Of a stretch of 64,000 bases of DNA, positions 25,649 to 34,897 are shown one piece after another. The DNA is taken from NCBI GenBank assembly GCA_964592225.1, contig CAZQCO010000010.1, forward strand, positions 142 to 64,141, in the 5' to 3' direction. Source of the stretch: an uncultured Bacteroidales bacterium (GTDB lineage: Bacteria > Bacteroidota > Bacteroidia > Bacteroidales > UBA10428). Made by a program: the position numbers and the translations under genes. The notes below the pieces were generated by a model, which saw only the letters and a program-made list of their open reading frames with translations, was not told the origin of the DNA and did not search any database. Numbering within the stretch: the stretch's first letter is position 1; the number at the start of each line of letters is the position of its first letter.

Positions 25649-25885
25649 ATGTTTTTTATCAGGGCATTACTACTTTTTATATTATTTTATCTTTTAATCC
25701 GGTTGATTGGAAGAATATTGTTCGGATTTCAGCGAAATTCGGTAAATTCTTCCGGAAGCAACTTTAATCCTCGCAAAAAAAAGGAAGGTGAAATTTTTAT
25801 TGATTATCAGCGGGCTAATAAAAAGAAAAAAATAAACAAGGAAGATGGCGAGTATGTTAAATACGAGGAAGTCAAGGACGATTAA
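25649..25885 (+). CDS. Small membrane protein (DUF4834-like, from memory)
   Basis: 78 aa counted from the ATG. One TM helix (ALLLFILFYLLIRLIGRILF) is followed by a charged tail ending in GEYVKYEEVKDD. Confidence 0.6.
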   Translation: MFFIRALLLFILFYLLIRLIGRILFGFQRNSVNSSGSNFNPRKKKEGEIFIDYQRANKKKKINKEDGEYVKYEEVKDD

Positions 25886-25905
25886 ACATACTGCAATATA
25901 ATTTA

Positions 25906-26658
25906 CTACAGTTTTTCTTTTATTTTCTTTGCCAGATTTGATGCAAACACAAATTCATTCAGATTTTTATCGGTAGAATCAAGAATATCATCTTTAGTCC
26001 CTTCCCAATCTTTAAAGCCTTCATAAATAAACATAACCTTTTCGCCTATTTCCATAACGGAATTCATATCGTGGGTATTAATTATTGTGGTCATATTAAA
26101 CTCATGTGTAATATCGCTTATCAGGTTGTCAATGACAATAGCTGTTATCGGATCGAGCCCTGAATTGGGTTCGTCACAAAAAAGGTATTTTGGATTTTGA
26201 ACAATTGCCCTGGCAATAGCAGCACGTTTTTGCATGCCGCCGCTGAGTTCGGCCGGATAAAGTTTATGGGCTGTAGGCAAATGTACGCGATCGAGACAAA
26301 AATCGACTCTCTCCTTTTTTTCTCCGGTTGTGAGTGTTGAAAACATATCAAGAGGGAACTTGATATTTTCTTCAACAGTGAGTGAATCGAATAGTGCCCC
26401 ACCCTGAAAAAGGTTTCCCATTTCACGTCGTAATTGTTGCCGTTCTTTCACAGACATTGTTACAAGGTTCCTGTCATGAAAATAGATACTACCTTCATCG
26501 ACCTCATGTAATCCATTGATACATTTTACCAGAACGGTTTTTCCCGAACCACTCTGGCCAATAATGAGATTGGTCTTGCCTTCATCGAAACTCACAGAAA
26601 TATCATGGAGAACCTGCTCGTTATTAAATGATTTACTGACATGTTCAACTCGAATCAT
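25906..26658 (-). CDS. mlaF: ABC transporter ATP-binding protein, MlaF-like
   Basis: 250 aa. Motifs present: Walker A (GQSGSGKT), signature (LSGGMQKR) and Walker B (LFCDEPNSGLDP). Its start overlaps the stop of the MlaE-like gene by 1 nt (TAATG). Confidence 0.8.
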   Translation of the reverse strand: MIRVEHVSKSFNNEQVLHDISVSFDEGKTNLIIGQSGSGKTVLVKCINGLHEVDEGSIYFHDRNLVTMSVKERQQLRREMGNLFQGGALFDSLTVEENIKFPLDMFSTLTTGEKKERVDFCLDRVHLPTAHKLYPAELSGGMQKRAAIARAIVQNPKYLFCDEPNSGLDPITAIVIDNLISDITHEFNMTTIINTHDMNSVMEIGEKVMFIYEGFKDWEGTKDDILDSTDKNLNEFVFASNLAKKIKEKL

Positions 26659-27461
26659 TAGGCTAAAAGTAATTGAGTTAATATAACATTAAATAACAGG
26701 ATAAGAATACTGCTTGTGACGACTCCCTTTGTACTGGCTCTACCCACTTCAAGAGCACCTCCCTTTACATAGTATCCGAAGTAGGCTGGTACTGTTGTAA
26801 TAATAATGGCAAATACAACAGTTTTCACCAGAGAATAGGTTATATAAAACGGAACGAACCAGTATTGAATCCCATAAATATAATCCATTGATGAAAGTGC
26901 TCCTGTTGCAACGGAGGCAAGCCATCCTCCAAAAACTCCGACAAACATACTAATTAGAGTCAGTATAGGATTGAAAATGACAGCTGCGATAACTTTTGGA
27001 AGGACCAGATAACTTGCCGAGTTGACGCCCATTATTTCCAACGCATCAATCTGTTCTGTAATACGCATATGACCAATCTCTGAGGCAATATTTGAACCCA
27101 CTTTCCCGGCCAATATCAGACCTACAATGGTAGATGAAAACTCGAGTAACATGGTATCCCGGGCAGTAAGTCCTATCAAATACAATGGTATGAGCGGATT
27201 CTCCAGATTATATCTGGTTTGAAGCGTAATAACAGCTCCCATGAAAATCGAAATAATAATTACAATACCTATTGAATTAATTCCCAGAGTTTCTATTTCA
27301 CTGACAACTTGTTTATAGTAAATTTTAGTTTTCTCAGGGCGGGAAATAACCCTTCCCATCAGTATAAAATATTCTCCAACAGGTTTTAAGATTTTCATAC
27401 TTCCTGAATTTGAGCGAAAATACAAATAAAATGCAAAATGAAAAGATGATTTTAATACCAT
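26658..27461 (-). CDS. mlaE: MlaE-family ABC transporter permease
   Basis: 267 aa in the ORF track. A more typical start is the internal ATG at 27398 (MKILKPVGEYF..., 246 aa). Polytopic. The size and pairing with the ATPase are typical of MlaE. Confidence 0.75.
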   Translation of the reverse strand: MVLKSSFHFAFYLYFRSNSGSMKILKPVGEYFILMGRVISRPEKTKIYYKQVVSEIETLGINSIGIVIIISIFMGAVITLQTRYNLENPLIPLYLIGLTARDTMLLEFSSTIVGLILAGKVGSNIASEIGHMRITEQIDALEIMGVNSASYLVLPKVIAAVIFNPILTLISMFVGVFGGWLASVATGALSSMDYIYGIQYWFVPFYITYSLVKTVVFAIIITTVPAYFGYYVKGGALEVGRASTKGVVTSSILILLFNVILTQLLLA

Positions 27462-27546
27462 AAACCAGTATATATATCAAAATACTCTTCTATTCTATTT
27501 CAATTTTAGTAAATTCGGATTCTGAGAAAAGAAACATATTGTTATT

Positions 27547-28641
27547 ATGGATAAAAAGAATTTTTGTGTTATTATGGCCGGAGGTATAGGCAGCAGATTC
27601 TGGCCATTGAGCCGGACCAGAAAACCCAAACAATTTTTAGATATTTTGGGGATTGGAAAAACACTGTTACAGCAAACATTTGAGCGATTTGCACAAATTA
27701 TCCCGGAGGAAAACATACTTATAGTATCGAATGAAGAGTATCAGGATTTAATACTAAAGCAGTTGCCCGGAATAAAACCTGAACAGGTTCTACTCGAACC
27801 TATGCGAAGAAATACAGCTCCCTGTATAGCCTATGCTAATTATAAAATACGTGAAATTGAACCTGAAGCGAACATTGTAGTTGCTCCTTCCGACCATTTA
27901 ATTATGAAAGAAGCAGATTTTCTGGGTGTTGTAGAAAAGGGACTTGAATATATAGCCAAAAATGATGCACTTCTCACTTTAGGAATTCAACCCAGTCGAC
28001 CTGAAACAGGTTATGGGTATATTCAAATTAATGGGAATAAAGATGCTATAGTAGTAAATGAAAGTTTTCGGAAAGTAAAAACATTCACTGAAAAACCTGA
28101 TCTAAAAATGGCTACTTTATTTTTGGAAAGTGGTGATTTCTTTTGGAATTCCGGAATTTTCTTCTGGTCGTTAAAGACAATTTCGGAGGCTTTTAAAAAG
28201 TATTTAAACGAAGTTGATAGCTTGTTTCAAGAGGGAATTGGTATATACAATACTTCAGATGAACACGATTTTATTGCAAAATCATATCCGAAATGTAAAA
28301 ACATATCAATTGACTATGGTATAATGGAGAAAGCTGAAAATGTTTATGTTCTGTGTGCCGATTTTGGTTGGTCTGACCTGGGGACCTGGGGTTCACTTTA
28401 CGATATGTCGAATAAGGATAAAAATTTAAATGCAGTTCAGGGGAAAAATGTGTCCCTTTACGATTCAACAAATTGCATTATTAATTTACCTAATGATAAG
28501 CTTGCCGTTATCCAGGGACTTGATGACTATATTATTGTCGATTCCGATAACATTCTTTTAATTTGCAGGAAAGATGATGAACAGAAAATTAAAAATTTTG
28601 TGAATGATGTAAAGCTTGAAAAGGGAGAGAATTATATCTAA
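27547..28641 (+). CDS. Mannose-1-phosphate guanylyltransferase (nucleotidyltransferase domain only)
   Basis: 364 aa. Contains the CVIMAGGIGSRFWPLSR N-terminal motif, EPMRRNTAPCIAYA and GWSDLGTWGSLY. Confidence 0.85.
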   Translation: MDKKNFCVIMAGGIGSRFWPLSRTRKPKQFLDILGIGKTLLQQTFERFAQIIPEENILIVSNEEYQDLILKQLPGIKPEQVLLEPMRRNTAPCIAYANYKIREIEPEANIVVAPSDHLIMKEADFLGVVEKGLEYIAKNDALLTLGIQPSRPETGYGYIQINGNKDAIVVNESFRKVKTFTEKPDLKMATLFLESGDFFWNSGIFFWSLKTISEAFKKYLNEVDSLFQEGIGIYNTSDEHDFIAKSYPKCKNISIDYGIMEKAENVYVLCADFGWSDLGTWGSLYDMSNKDKNLNAVQGKNVSLYDSTNCIINLPNDKLAVIQGLDDYIIVDSDNILLICRKDDEQKIKNFVNDVKLEKGENYI

Positions 28642-28665
28642 ATTTTCTGAAATATATTAAAAGAA

Positions 28666-28699
28666 AAGAGGCTGTCGAATCCGGCGGCCTCTTTTTTAT
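28666..28699. terminator. Bidirectional rho-independent terminator between convergent manC-like and gldN genes
   Basis: The stem aagaggc (28666-28672) / gcctctt (28687-28693) has further inner pairs. It is followed by a T-run on the plus strand, and by ttttctttt on the minus strand. Confidence 0.65.
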
Positions 28700-28717
28700 T
28701 CTGATCGATTAAATATT

Positions 28718-29581
28718 TTAATATTCCCAAAGATCATGCTCCATATTAAACAGCCATTCTTTCTGCATCTCAGCCTCCATTAAAGCATCGACACCCTGTG
28801 TATACATGTTATTCCAACGATTATCATACACATTGGATACTGCAAATATATGACTGTCGAATCGTCGTTGCATAAAGAAATCATCGAATGATATTCTTTG
28901 AGAATCGTTCATACGATTAAAAACTTCATGATTTGCCAATATGGGACGAATTTCGGGGAAGTATACCCAAAATGTCTGTTTCTGAAGAATTTCTTCAGTT
29001 GGCATACCCTCTTCATCGAGACGATTGTATACCCTGATTGGACTAATTCCAATTATTCTTACTTTCATTACCGAGTGATTCTTATCGAAGAACCATTTTT
29101 CCTTCACCAGGAGCTTCTTAATTTCATAGGTTTTTCTTGGATTTTCAACAACTACCTCTACAAGTTGACCGGTAGTAGGGTCAGTCGTTTTTGTTGTATC
29201 AATTCCGGCATCAAATGCATTATCAACCTGGTCAATAGTCATTTGAGCTGTAAATTCGTTGAGAGGATCATTGGCCGAAAAAGCCCTGACTCCTTCATTA
29301 TCGACTCCCCAGAGAACAAGATCAACAAAATTCATTCTTCCTCCGATAGGTTTTGTAGGGTAATATAAGGGCAGGTTTTTTTTCTGTCGAAGATCAATCA
29401 TGCGGTAGATAATTTTCGACCACATTACATCGGCTTCCCTGATGTATTCATATGGAACCGGACTTTTATGCGGAATGTGTTCCCTCACATATACTTCTCT
29501 CAAATTATCCTGTGCATTCAGCTTATAGGAGAATACCAGAATCATAATTCCAATTAGCAAAAACACAATCTTTTTCATCAT
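28718..29581 (-). CDS. gldN: T9SS / gliding motility protein GldN (PorN)
   Basis: 287 aa with a signal peptide. It is the last gene of the porP-gldKLMN operon, 15 nt after gldM. Size and position are typical of GldN. Confidence 0.85.
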   Translation of the reverse strand: MMKKIVFLLIGIMILVFSYKLNAQDNLREVYVREHIPHKSPVPYEYIREADVMWSKIIYRMIDLRQKKNLPLYYPTKPIGGRMNFVDLVLWGVDNEGVRAFSANDPLNEFTAQMTIDQVDNAFDAGIDTTKTTDPTTGQLVEVVVENPRKTYEIKKLLVKEKWFFDKNHSVMKVRIIGISPIRVYNRLDEEGMPTEEILQKQTFWVYFPEIRPILANHEVFNRMNDSQRISFDDFFMQRRFDSHIFAVSNVYDNRWNNMYTQGVDALMEAEMQKEWLFNMEHDLWEY

Positions 29582-29596
29582 ATCTAATTTAAAAGT

Positions 29597-31243
29597 TTAA
29601 TTCAATTTAAAATTAATGGTCGATAAAGGTCGTGTTGACCCATCGGGACCGACAGCTTTAATATCTTGAATATATACATTATTCCCGCGATTAAGATTTT
29701 TAAGAAGATTCATTTGTTCGGGAGTAAATCGATTTGATTTTGAAGTAAATTCCCGAACAAAACCCTGTACAACAGCGGAAACAGTAAATTCGGTAATCGT
29801 AAATTTCAGGTCGAAATCAAAATCTTCTCCCATTTCGGCAACAACACCAAGCTGGGCAAGCAAGACACTCTGGTTGATATGACCACCCTTTTGTCCGTTT
29901 ACCATGGCATAAGGACTAGGTACTGTTTTAACACGAAATTCCTTTCGACCCATCTCCCTTCTTTGACCATCGATATTCGCATATACAACTACAAAAGCAT
30001 TTCCCGGTCGAATAGGTTTGATAATATAGGAAGATCCTTGTTTTACATGACGTGCATTGGTAACACTAATATCAATTTTATTAGGTTGCACTCCTGCTAC
30101 AGATACATCGACAGGATTATCAACACCCAGATAGAAAACATTCATCTTAGTGGGAGCAACTGTTATGGAACCTTCTGCGACAAGGTAGCTTTTCTTAAAT
30201 GGTTTTGTAATAGTCCCGGTAGGTCCGGTAAGTTCAATTATACCTCCCCACTTTTTGATACCTAGCGACGATGCAGGTACAGAATAAATACCTTTTCCCG
30301 ATCCTCTTGATACTTTTAGACTATCATATTTTACTCCGGGACGAAGCGTGTACATTGGAACTCCATCAACAACAGTTGAATCATAGGGTCGTGGATCGGT
30401 TGTAACATAAATTTTTGGTGAAGCTGTTGTATCACTGGCAGCAAGAAAAACTTCCGCCTTGTAATCATTTCCTCTGATAATATAGCTGGAATTTGGAATA
30501 ACGGTGGCATTGAGCTGGTTAAATTTGAAAGATCCGGCATCAATTTGACCATACAAGTATTTTAGCGCTTCCGATTCTGCGTTTCTTACATTGATTTGTA
30601 AACCAGTCATTATGGTTAATACACCTGAAAGAGGGAGGTGTTCAAAATGTTCCCGTTCCCATTCATGCAACTCAGTGTCACCTTCTCCATGAGCAGAGGG
30701 ACCTGTATTTAATCCCGATTCAATCGAAGCTCGAATTAAGGATGCATTTTCTGCATTTACCACCTCATTAATCAGGTAATTACGATAATCCTCAATGAGC
30801 AGCTTCAGTTCTTTTCCTGCTTTATCGTTGTTATCACCAATCATAATGAAAGCAGGATGATCAGTATTATCTTTATTCTTAATAAATTTAGTGTCAACAT
30901 TATTTTCTGCATCGTAAGCTTCATCATCTTTTGATAGCTTAAGTATCTCGATTTTCTTAAGCTGTATGAATTCCACGATTTGGTCAGCCATTTCCTGAAC
31001 CTTAATGGCTTTATCTTTCCATGGCTCGACCTTTGCAGGATTAAGTTCATACTGAATATCAAAATCGCCAAGTACTTTACTATTTGTTGCTTCGAGAGTT
31101 TCGATGGTTTTTTTAAGTCCCTGATCAAGCACATCGAAAGCATTAAGTACTTCGTTTGATACATTCAGTGCTAACATGGCCATCAGCACCAAATACATCA
31201 TGCCGATCATCTTTTGTCTTGGGGTTTCTTTACCGTGGGCCAT
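29597..31243 (-). CDS. gldM: T9SS / gliding motility protein GldM (PorM)
   Basis: 548 aa. The N-terminus, MAHGKETPRQKMIGMMYLVLMAMLALNVS, is the hallmark GldM start with its single TM helix. Confidence 0.92.
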   Translation of the reverse strand: MAHGKETPRQKMIGMMYLVLMAMLALNVSNEVLNAFDVLDQGLKKTIETLEATNSKVLGDFDIQYELNPAKVEPWKDKAIKVQEMADQIVEFIQLKKIEILKLSKDDEAYDAENNVDTKFIKNKDNTDHPAFIMIGDNNDKAGKELKLLIEDYRNYLINEVVNAENASLIRASIESGLNTGPSAHGEGDTELHEWEREHFEHLPLSGVLTIMTGLQINVRNAESEALKYLYGQIDAGSFKFNQLNATVIPNSSYIIRGNDYKAEVFLAASDTTASPKIYVTTDPRPYDSTVVDGVPMYTLRPGVKYDSLKVSRGSGKGIYSVPASSLGIKKWGGIIELTGPTGTITKPFKKSYLVAEGSITVAPTKMNVFYLGVDNPVDVSVAGVQPNKIDISVTNARHVKQGSSYIIKPIRPGNAFVVVYANIDGQRREMGRKEFRVKTVPSPYAMVNGQKGGHINQSVLLAQLGVVAEMGEDFDFDLKFTITEFTVSAVVQGFVREFTSKSNRFTPEQMNLLKNLNRGNNVYIQDIKAVGPDGSTRPLSTINFKLN

Positions 31244-31284
31244 AAATTATTGAGATCTGCTAATTTCTTATTATTAAAACGGTA

Positions 31285-32226
31285 TTATGGCTTAGTAAGC
31301 ACATCCATTGTGGTGAGCATATTGCCATAAATAGAATTCAATGAAGAAATACTCTCCTTAAGTTTTGCTATTTCTTCCTTGTATTTATTGGTCTCATCAA
31401 CTGATTCTTTCAGGTTCTTTATCATCGATTGTAAACCAGAATAGAGTTCTATTGTGCCTTTCATATGACCTTGGCCTTCACGAATCTGAGTTTCATAAAC
31501 TGAATTAAGTTCAGCGAGGCTTTTATTAAGCTTTTCAATATGAGTTTCATGTTCTTTGCTTCCAAGCGAGATATTCTTTTGTTCTTCCTGAATGGTGGCA
31601 GCAATCGATTGATACGAGTCGGCAATTTCATTGCCAGAAAGCACAATTTTATTGGCTGCTTCGAAATATGCCGAAGTAAGATTCTTTGTTGAATCTTTAA
31701 TTGAATCAGTTGTTGATGTGTAAGTATCTGCCAATCCGTTAACCGATGAAGCAGCTCCTTGCAAGTTACTGACAAACTCTTTGGTTGCAACCGTTGCTTC
31801 AGATATATCTGATAATCCTTTGGCTGTTTTATTTAGCTTACTGAATCCTTCTCCCAACTGTATTAATGCCTCCGGGTCAACACCGGTATGTCCAAGAATT
31901 TGCTCAATTCTTTCAACAGGACGGGATGATCCTTCTTCTAGTAGTTTTCTTTCTTTGAAGTTTTCAATTTCATCCGGATCTGAAAGTCCGGCCAATTCAG
32001 GATAGACAAGAGTCCAGTCGAGCTCTTCGTGTAATGGTTCGAAGGCTGAAAAGAAAAAGATAATAGACTCAGTAACAAGGCCGAAAGTAATAATTAGTGC
32101 ACCTCCTGGCCAATGATTGATTTTAAACAGCGCTCCAATAATGACAACTGAAGCACCCCAACCATAAAGTTTGGCCATAAAATTTCTCCAGCCTGAACTT
32201 TGAACAATATCGGTTACATTGATCAT
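31285..32226 (-). CDS. gldL: T9SS / gliding motility protein GldL (PorL)
   Basis: 313 aa. Two N-terminal TM helices (KLYGWGASVVIIGALFKINHWPGG... and ESIIFFFSAFEP) are followed by a long helical cytoplasmic region. Confidence 0.9.
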   Translation of the reverse strand: MINVTDIVQSSGWRNFMAKLYGWGASVVIIGALFKINHWPGGALIITFGLVTESIIFFFSAFEPLHEELDWTLVYPELAGLSDPDEIENFKERKLLEEGSSRPVERIEQILGHTGVDPEALIQLGEGFSKLNKTAKGLSDISEATVATKEFVSNLQGAASSVNGLADTYTSTTDSIKDSTKNLTSAYFEAANKIVLSGNEIADSYQSIAATIQEEQKNISLGSKEHETHIEKLNKSLAELNSVYETQIREGQGHMKGTIELYSGLQSMIKNLKESVDETNKYKEEIAKLKESISSLNSIYGNMLTTMDVLTKP

Positions 32227-32259
32227 AATAAGAAAGTTTTATTCTGTGAGAATTGCTTA

Positions 32260-33600
32260 TTAATTAGAACCAAGATAGGATCTTACACATCTGAATCCGA
32301 TATAGGATTTTGCAGTGTCCTGATACTCATAAGTACGTGCACCACATTGGAGAAAGTACCCAATATCTTTCCAGGAACCTCCACGAATAACCTTCCTTTT
32401 TAATACAGGAGGATCATCCGGCAATGCATTGTATTTATAATCAGGATTCAAATCGTGTGAGAAGATGTAAGCTGATTCATCATATGCATTAGCTGTCCAT
32501 TCAGCAACATTTCCAGACATATCATACAAACCGTATTCATTAGGCTGATATGTACCAACAGCTAAAGTTACAGAGCCACCATCATCGATATAGTTACCTC
32601 TGAGAGGTTTAAAATTGGCAAGAAAACAACCTTCTTTATTACGGGTATAATATCCACCCCAAGGATACATCGAATGTTCAAGTCCGCCACGTGCTGCATA
32701 TTCCCATTCCGATTCTATCGGTAAACGGTACTCGTGCACAGGGGGTTGACCAGCAGCAGAAAGCGAAGCATTAAAAAATTCTGTACGCCAGATACAAAAT
32801 GCTGAAGCTTGTTTCCAGGTAACGCCGACAACAGGATAATTATCATATGCAGGATGCCAGAAATATCGTGTTGTCATGGGTTCATTAAATGAATATGTAA
32901 AGTCGGCAATCCAGCAAAGCGTATCGGGATAAATATTAACAACGTCACGGATGATGAAATTTGAACGATCTTGTATTTCAATTCTTTCGCCATCGCTGTT
33001 AGTAACATATCCCTCGTATTTTTTTGTTTGATAATTATAACGATTAGTCTTTCTTGCAGCTTGCTTTAAATCAACCCAGAAATATTCATACATTAACTTC
33101 CGAGTATCAATTTCTTTTCTGCCATAAAAGCGTTCCTGATCGTTATAATATAATTCATTTAATGTCTCATTGACTTCTTCGTCTCTGAAATCAATTCTAA
33201 TGTCCCAATTCAATTGTGGTGGGTCGATGGGATTTCCAAACTGATCTTCAGAAATTACATAATCGTCGAGTACTTCGCCGAGCATACGTCTCATGATGGA
33301 ATCGCGCACCCAATATACAAATTGGCGGTATTCGTTGTTAGTTATTTCTGTTTCATCCATCCAGAAAGGATCGACAGTAATAGTGCGCGAATAAGTATTT
33401 TGTGCCCATGGCACATCCTGATCGTTAAGCCCCATAACAAAACTACCCTGAGGAACGAAAATCATTCCAAAAGGATCAGGTTCAAAATATCTTGCTCTTC
33501 CGGGGACTCCGGTAAGTTCGCCACCACGGTAATTTGAACAGCTACTAATTACGAGAATAGCGAAAATGAAACCAAAAGAAATTATCTTTTTCATAATCAA
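32260..33600 (-). CDS. gldK: T9SS / gliding motility lipoprotein GldK (PorK), FGE-sulfatase (SUMF1) fold
   Basis: 446 aa with lipobox ISSC. SUMF1-type motifs are present: VTWKQASAFCIW, YRLPIESEWEYAARGG, GNVAEWT and RGGSW. Confidence 0.92.
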   Translation of the reverse strand: MIMKKIISFGFIFAILVISSCSNYRGGELTGVPGRARYFEPDPFGMIFVPQGSFVMGLNDQDVPWAQNTYSRTITVDPFWMDETEITNNEYRQFVYWVRDSIMRRMLGEVLDDYVISEDQFGNPIDPPQLNWDIRIDFRDEEVNETLNELYYNDQERFYGRKEIDTRKLMYEYFWVDLKQAARKTNRYNYQTKKYEGYVTNSDGERIEIQDRSNFIIRDVVNIYPDTLCWIADFTYSFNEPMTTRYFWHPAYDNYPVVGVTWKQASAFCIWRTEFFNASLSAAGQPPVHEYRLPIESEWEYAARGGLEHSMYPWGGYYTRNKEGCFLANFKPLRGNYIDDGGSVTLAVGTYQPNEYGLYDMSGNVAEWTANAYDESAYIFSHDLNPDYKYNALPDDPPVLKRKVIRGGSWKDIGYFLQCGARTYEYQDTAKSYIGFRCVRSYLGSN

Positions 33601-33666
33601 AGGAATTTATCTGAAATCACAATTTTTTCCTAGTAAAATAAAACTTATATAAATTTAATTAATTTT

Positions 33667-34617
33667 TTATAAATACCTAATGCTCTTATATTTTTGAGGA
33701 GCCTTTTCAACACCGATCTTAAAACAATAATTCAGCACAAATTCGTGCGAACCCTGAGTATGGTTAATCAATGCACTTGTTTGCACATCGTATGAATATC
33801 CGATCTTAAATCCTTCGAAAAGCTCTATACCTATCATTCCTACTACAGCTTCTCCGGTTCTATAGGTAACGCCTCCCCAGATCTTTTTATTGTACAAGCA
33901 TGTGAGATTCAAATCCATATCTGTTTCAATTCCATCAGATTTTAAAAGAACAGCCGGCTTTAATTCCCATGCCGGATTTGAAAGCTGCATATTATATCCT
34001 GCGGTTACGTAATATTGGCGATTAAGGTTATACTTTGATTCATAATTTCCAGGTTCGGTGGCTACTGTAGTTACTTCCGGATTGTTTAAGTGCAAGGCAG
34101 AGACACCAAAGTAGATATCTTCGGCACGATAAAAAATTCCGGCACCCATGGTCAGTGTCATACCTTCCGGATCGCCCTGGGGAATAAATTCATCTGCCAC
34201 AGAACCATCGCTTGTTATCCAGTTAAAACCTTCAATTGTATTATCGACAAAACCAGCTTCAATGCCTATTCCAAGTGAACCATCGCCAATGTTGAAACGA
34301 AAAGCATAGGTAAGATTAAGATTGATATCGGAATTAAATCCCAGGACATCCTGGTATACAGAAAGACCTACTCCGTGTTGGGCTCCCAATAATGAAAACG
34401 GAGCTTCGGCATTGAAAAAGAAACTTTCAGGATTTCCGGGGAAACCTACCATTTGTTGTCGTATTATGCCGGTTAAACACACCATATCCATACTACCTGC
34501 ACTGCCTGGATTTATTCGCAGATAATCATATGTGAAATGCGATACCTGTGGCAATTGAATTGCACTGGCAGAAAAATGCATCGCGATTACAACAATTAAT
34601 ATGGGTATTTTTTTCAT
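33667..34617 (-). CDS. porP: PorP/SprF family T9SS outer-membrane protein
   Basis: 316 aa with a signal peptide. Contains the N-terminal motif QVSHFTYDYLRINPGSAG and RQQMVGFPGNP. The barrel ends in HEFVLNYCF followed by a 17-aa basic tail. The gene sits directly upstream of gldK. Confidence 0.85.
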   Translation of the reverse strand: MKKIPILIVVIAMHFSASAIQLPQVSHFTYDYLRINPGSAGSMDMVCLTGIIRQQMVGFPGNPESFFFNAEAPFSLLGAQHGVGLSVYQDVLGFNSDINLNLTYAFRFNIGDGSLGIGIEAGFVDNTIEGFNWITSDGSVADEFIPQGDPEGMTLTMGAGIFYRAEDIYFGVSALHLNNPEVTTVATEPGNYESKYNLNRQYYVTAGYNMQLSNPAWELKPAVLLKSDGIETDMDLNLTCLYNKKIWGGVTYRTGEAVVGMIGIELFEGFKIGYSYDVQTSALINHTQGSHEFVLNYCFKIGVEKAPQKYKSIRYL

Positions 34618-34680
34618 TTATTCTCCTTTGAGTATAAAAACCCGCTTATAGCAAGGTCTTTATATAGAAAGTAAAATAAG

Positions 34681-34688
34681 CAAAAATA
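34681..34688 (-). promoter_or_regulatory. Candidate -7 promoter box TATTTTTG for the porP-gldKLMN operon
   Basis: The plus strand reads caaaaata. The box lies 63 nt upstream of the porP ATG (34617). Confidence 0.4.
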
Positions 34689-34897
34689 TTGTACTCATAC
34701 AAGATGAATAATCAACAATGCCTTTTAACATGGTATTTATACTCATTTTTGCATATCAAGGTTACTCTTTATTGGAATAAAATGAAGGAGAGAGTTTTTT
34801 GCCGTGAGTTGAAATTAAATTTACTGTTTAAGGAGTTTATATCTTATCAGATAACCAGTGTAAAAAAGAAAACGGGGAAAATCTTATAATAATCCAG

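Noticed and set aside
28898-29368. Long antisense ORFs inside conserved genes. Examples are 28898-29368 in gldN, 29879-30265 in gldM, 37967-38395 in topA, 2730-3059 in pirin and 38676-39056 in PBP1A.
   Set aside because: They lie fully within, and opposite to, genes with strong family signatures. They have low-complexity or odd composition and are expected by chance in AT-rich DNA.
34689-34889. 66-aa ORF in the 280-nt region upstream of porP.
   Set aside because: It has no signal or recognisable motif, an unusual composition, and runs opposite to the probable porP promoter region. It is most likely non-coding leader or promoter DNA.
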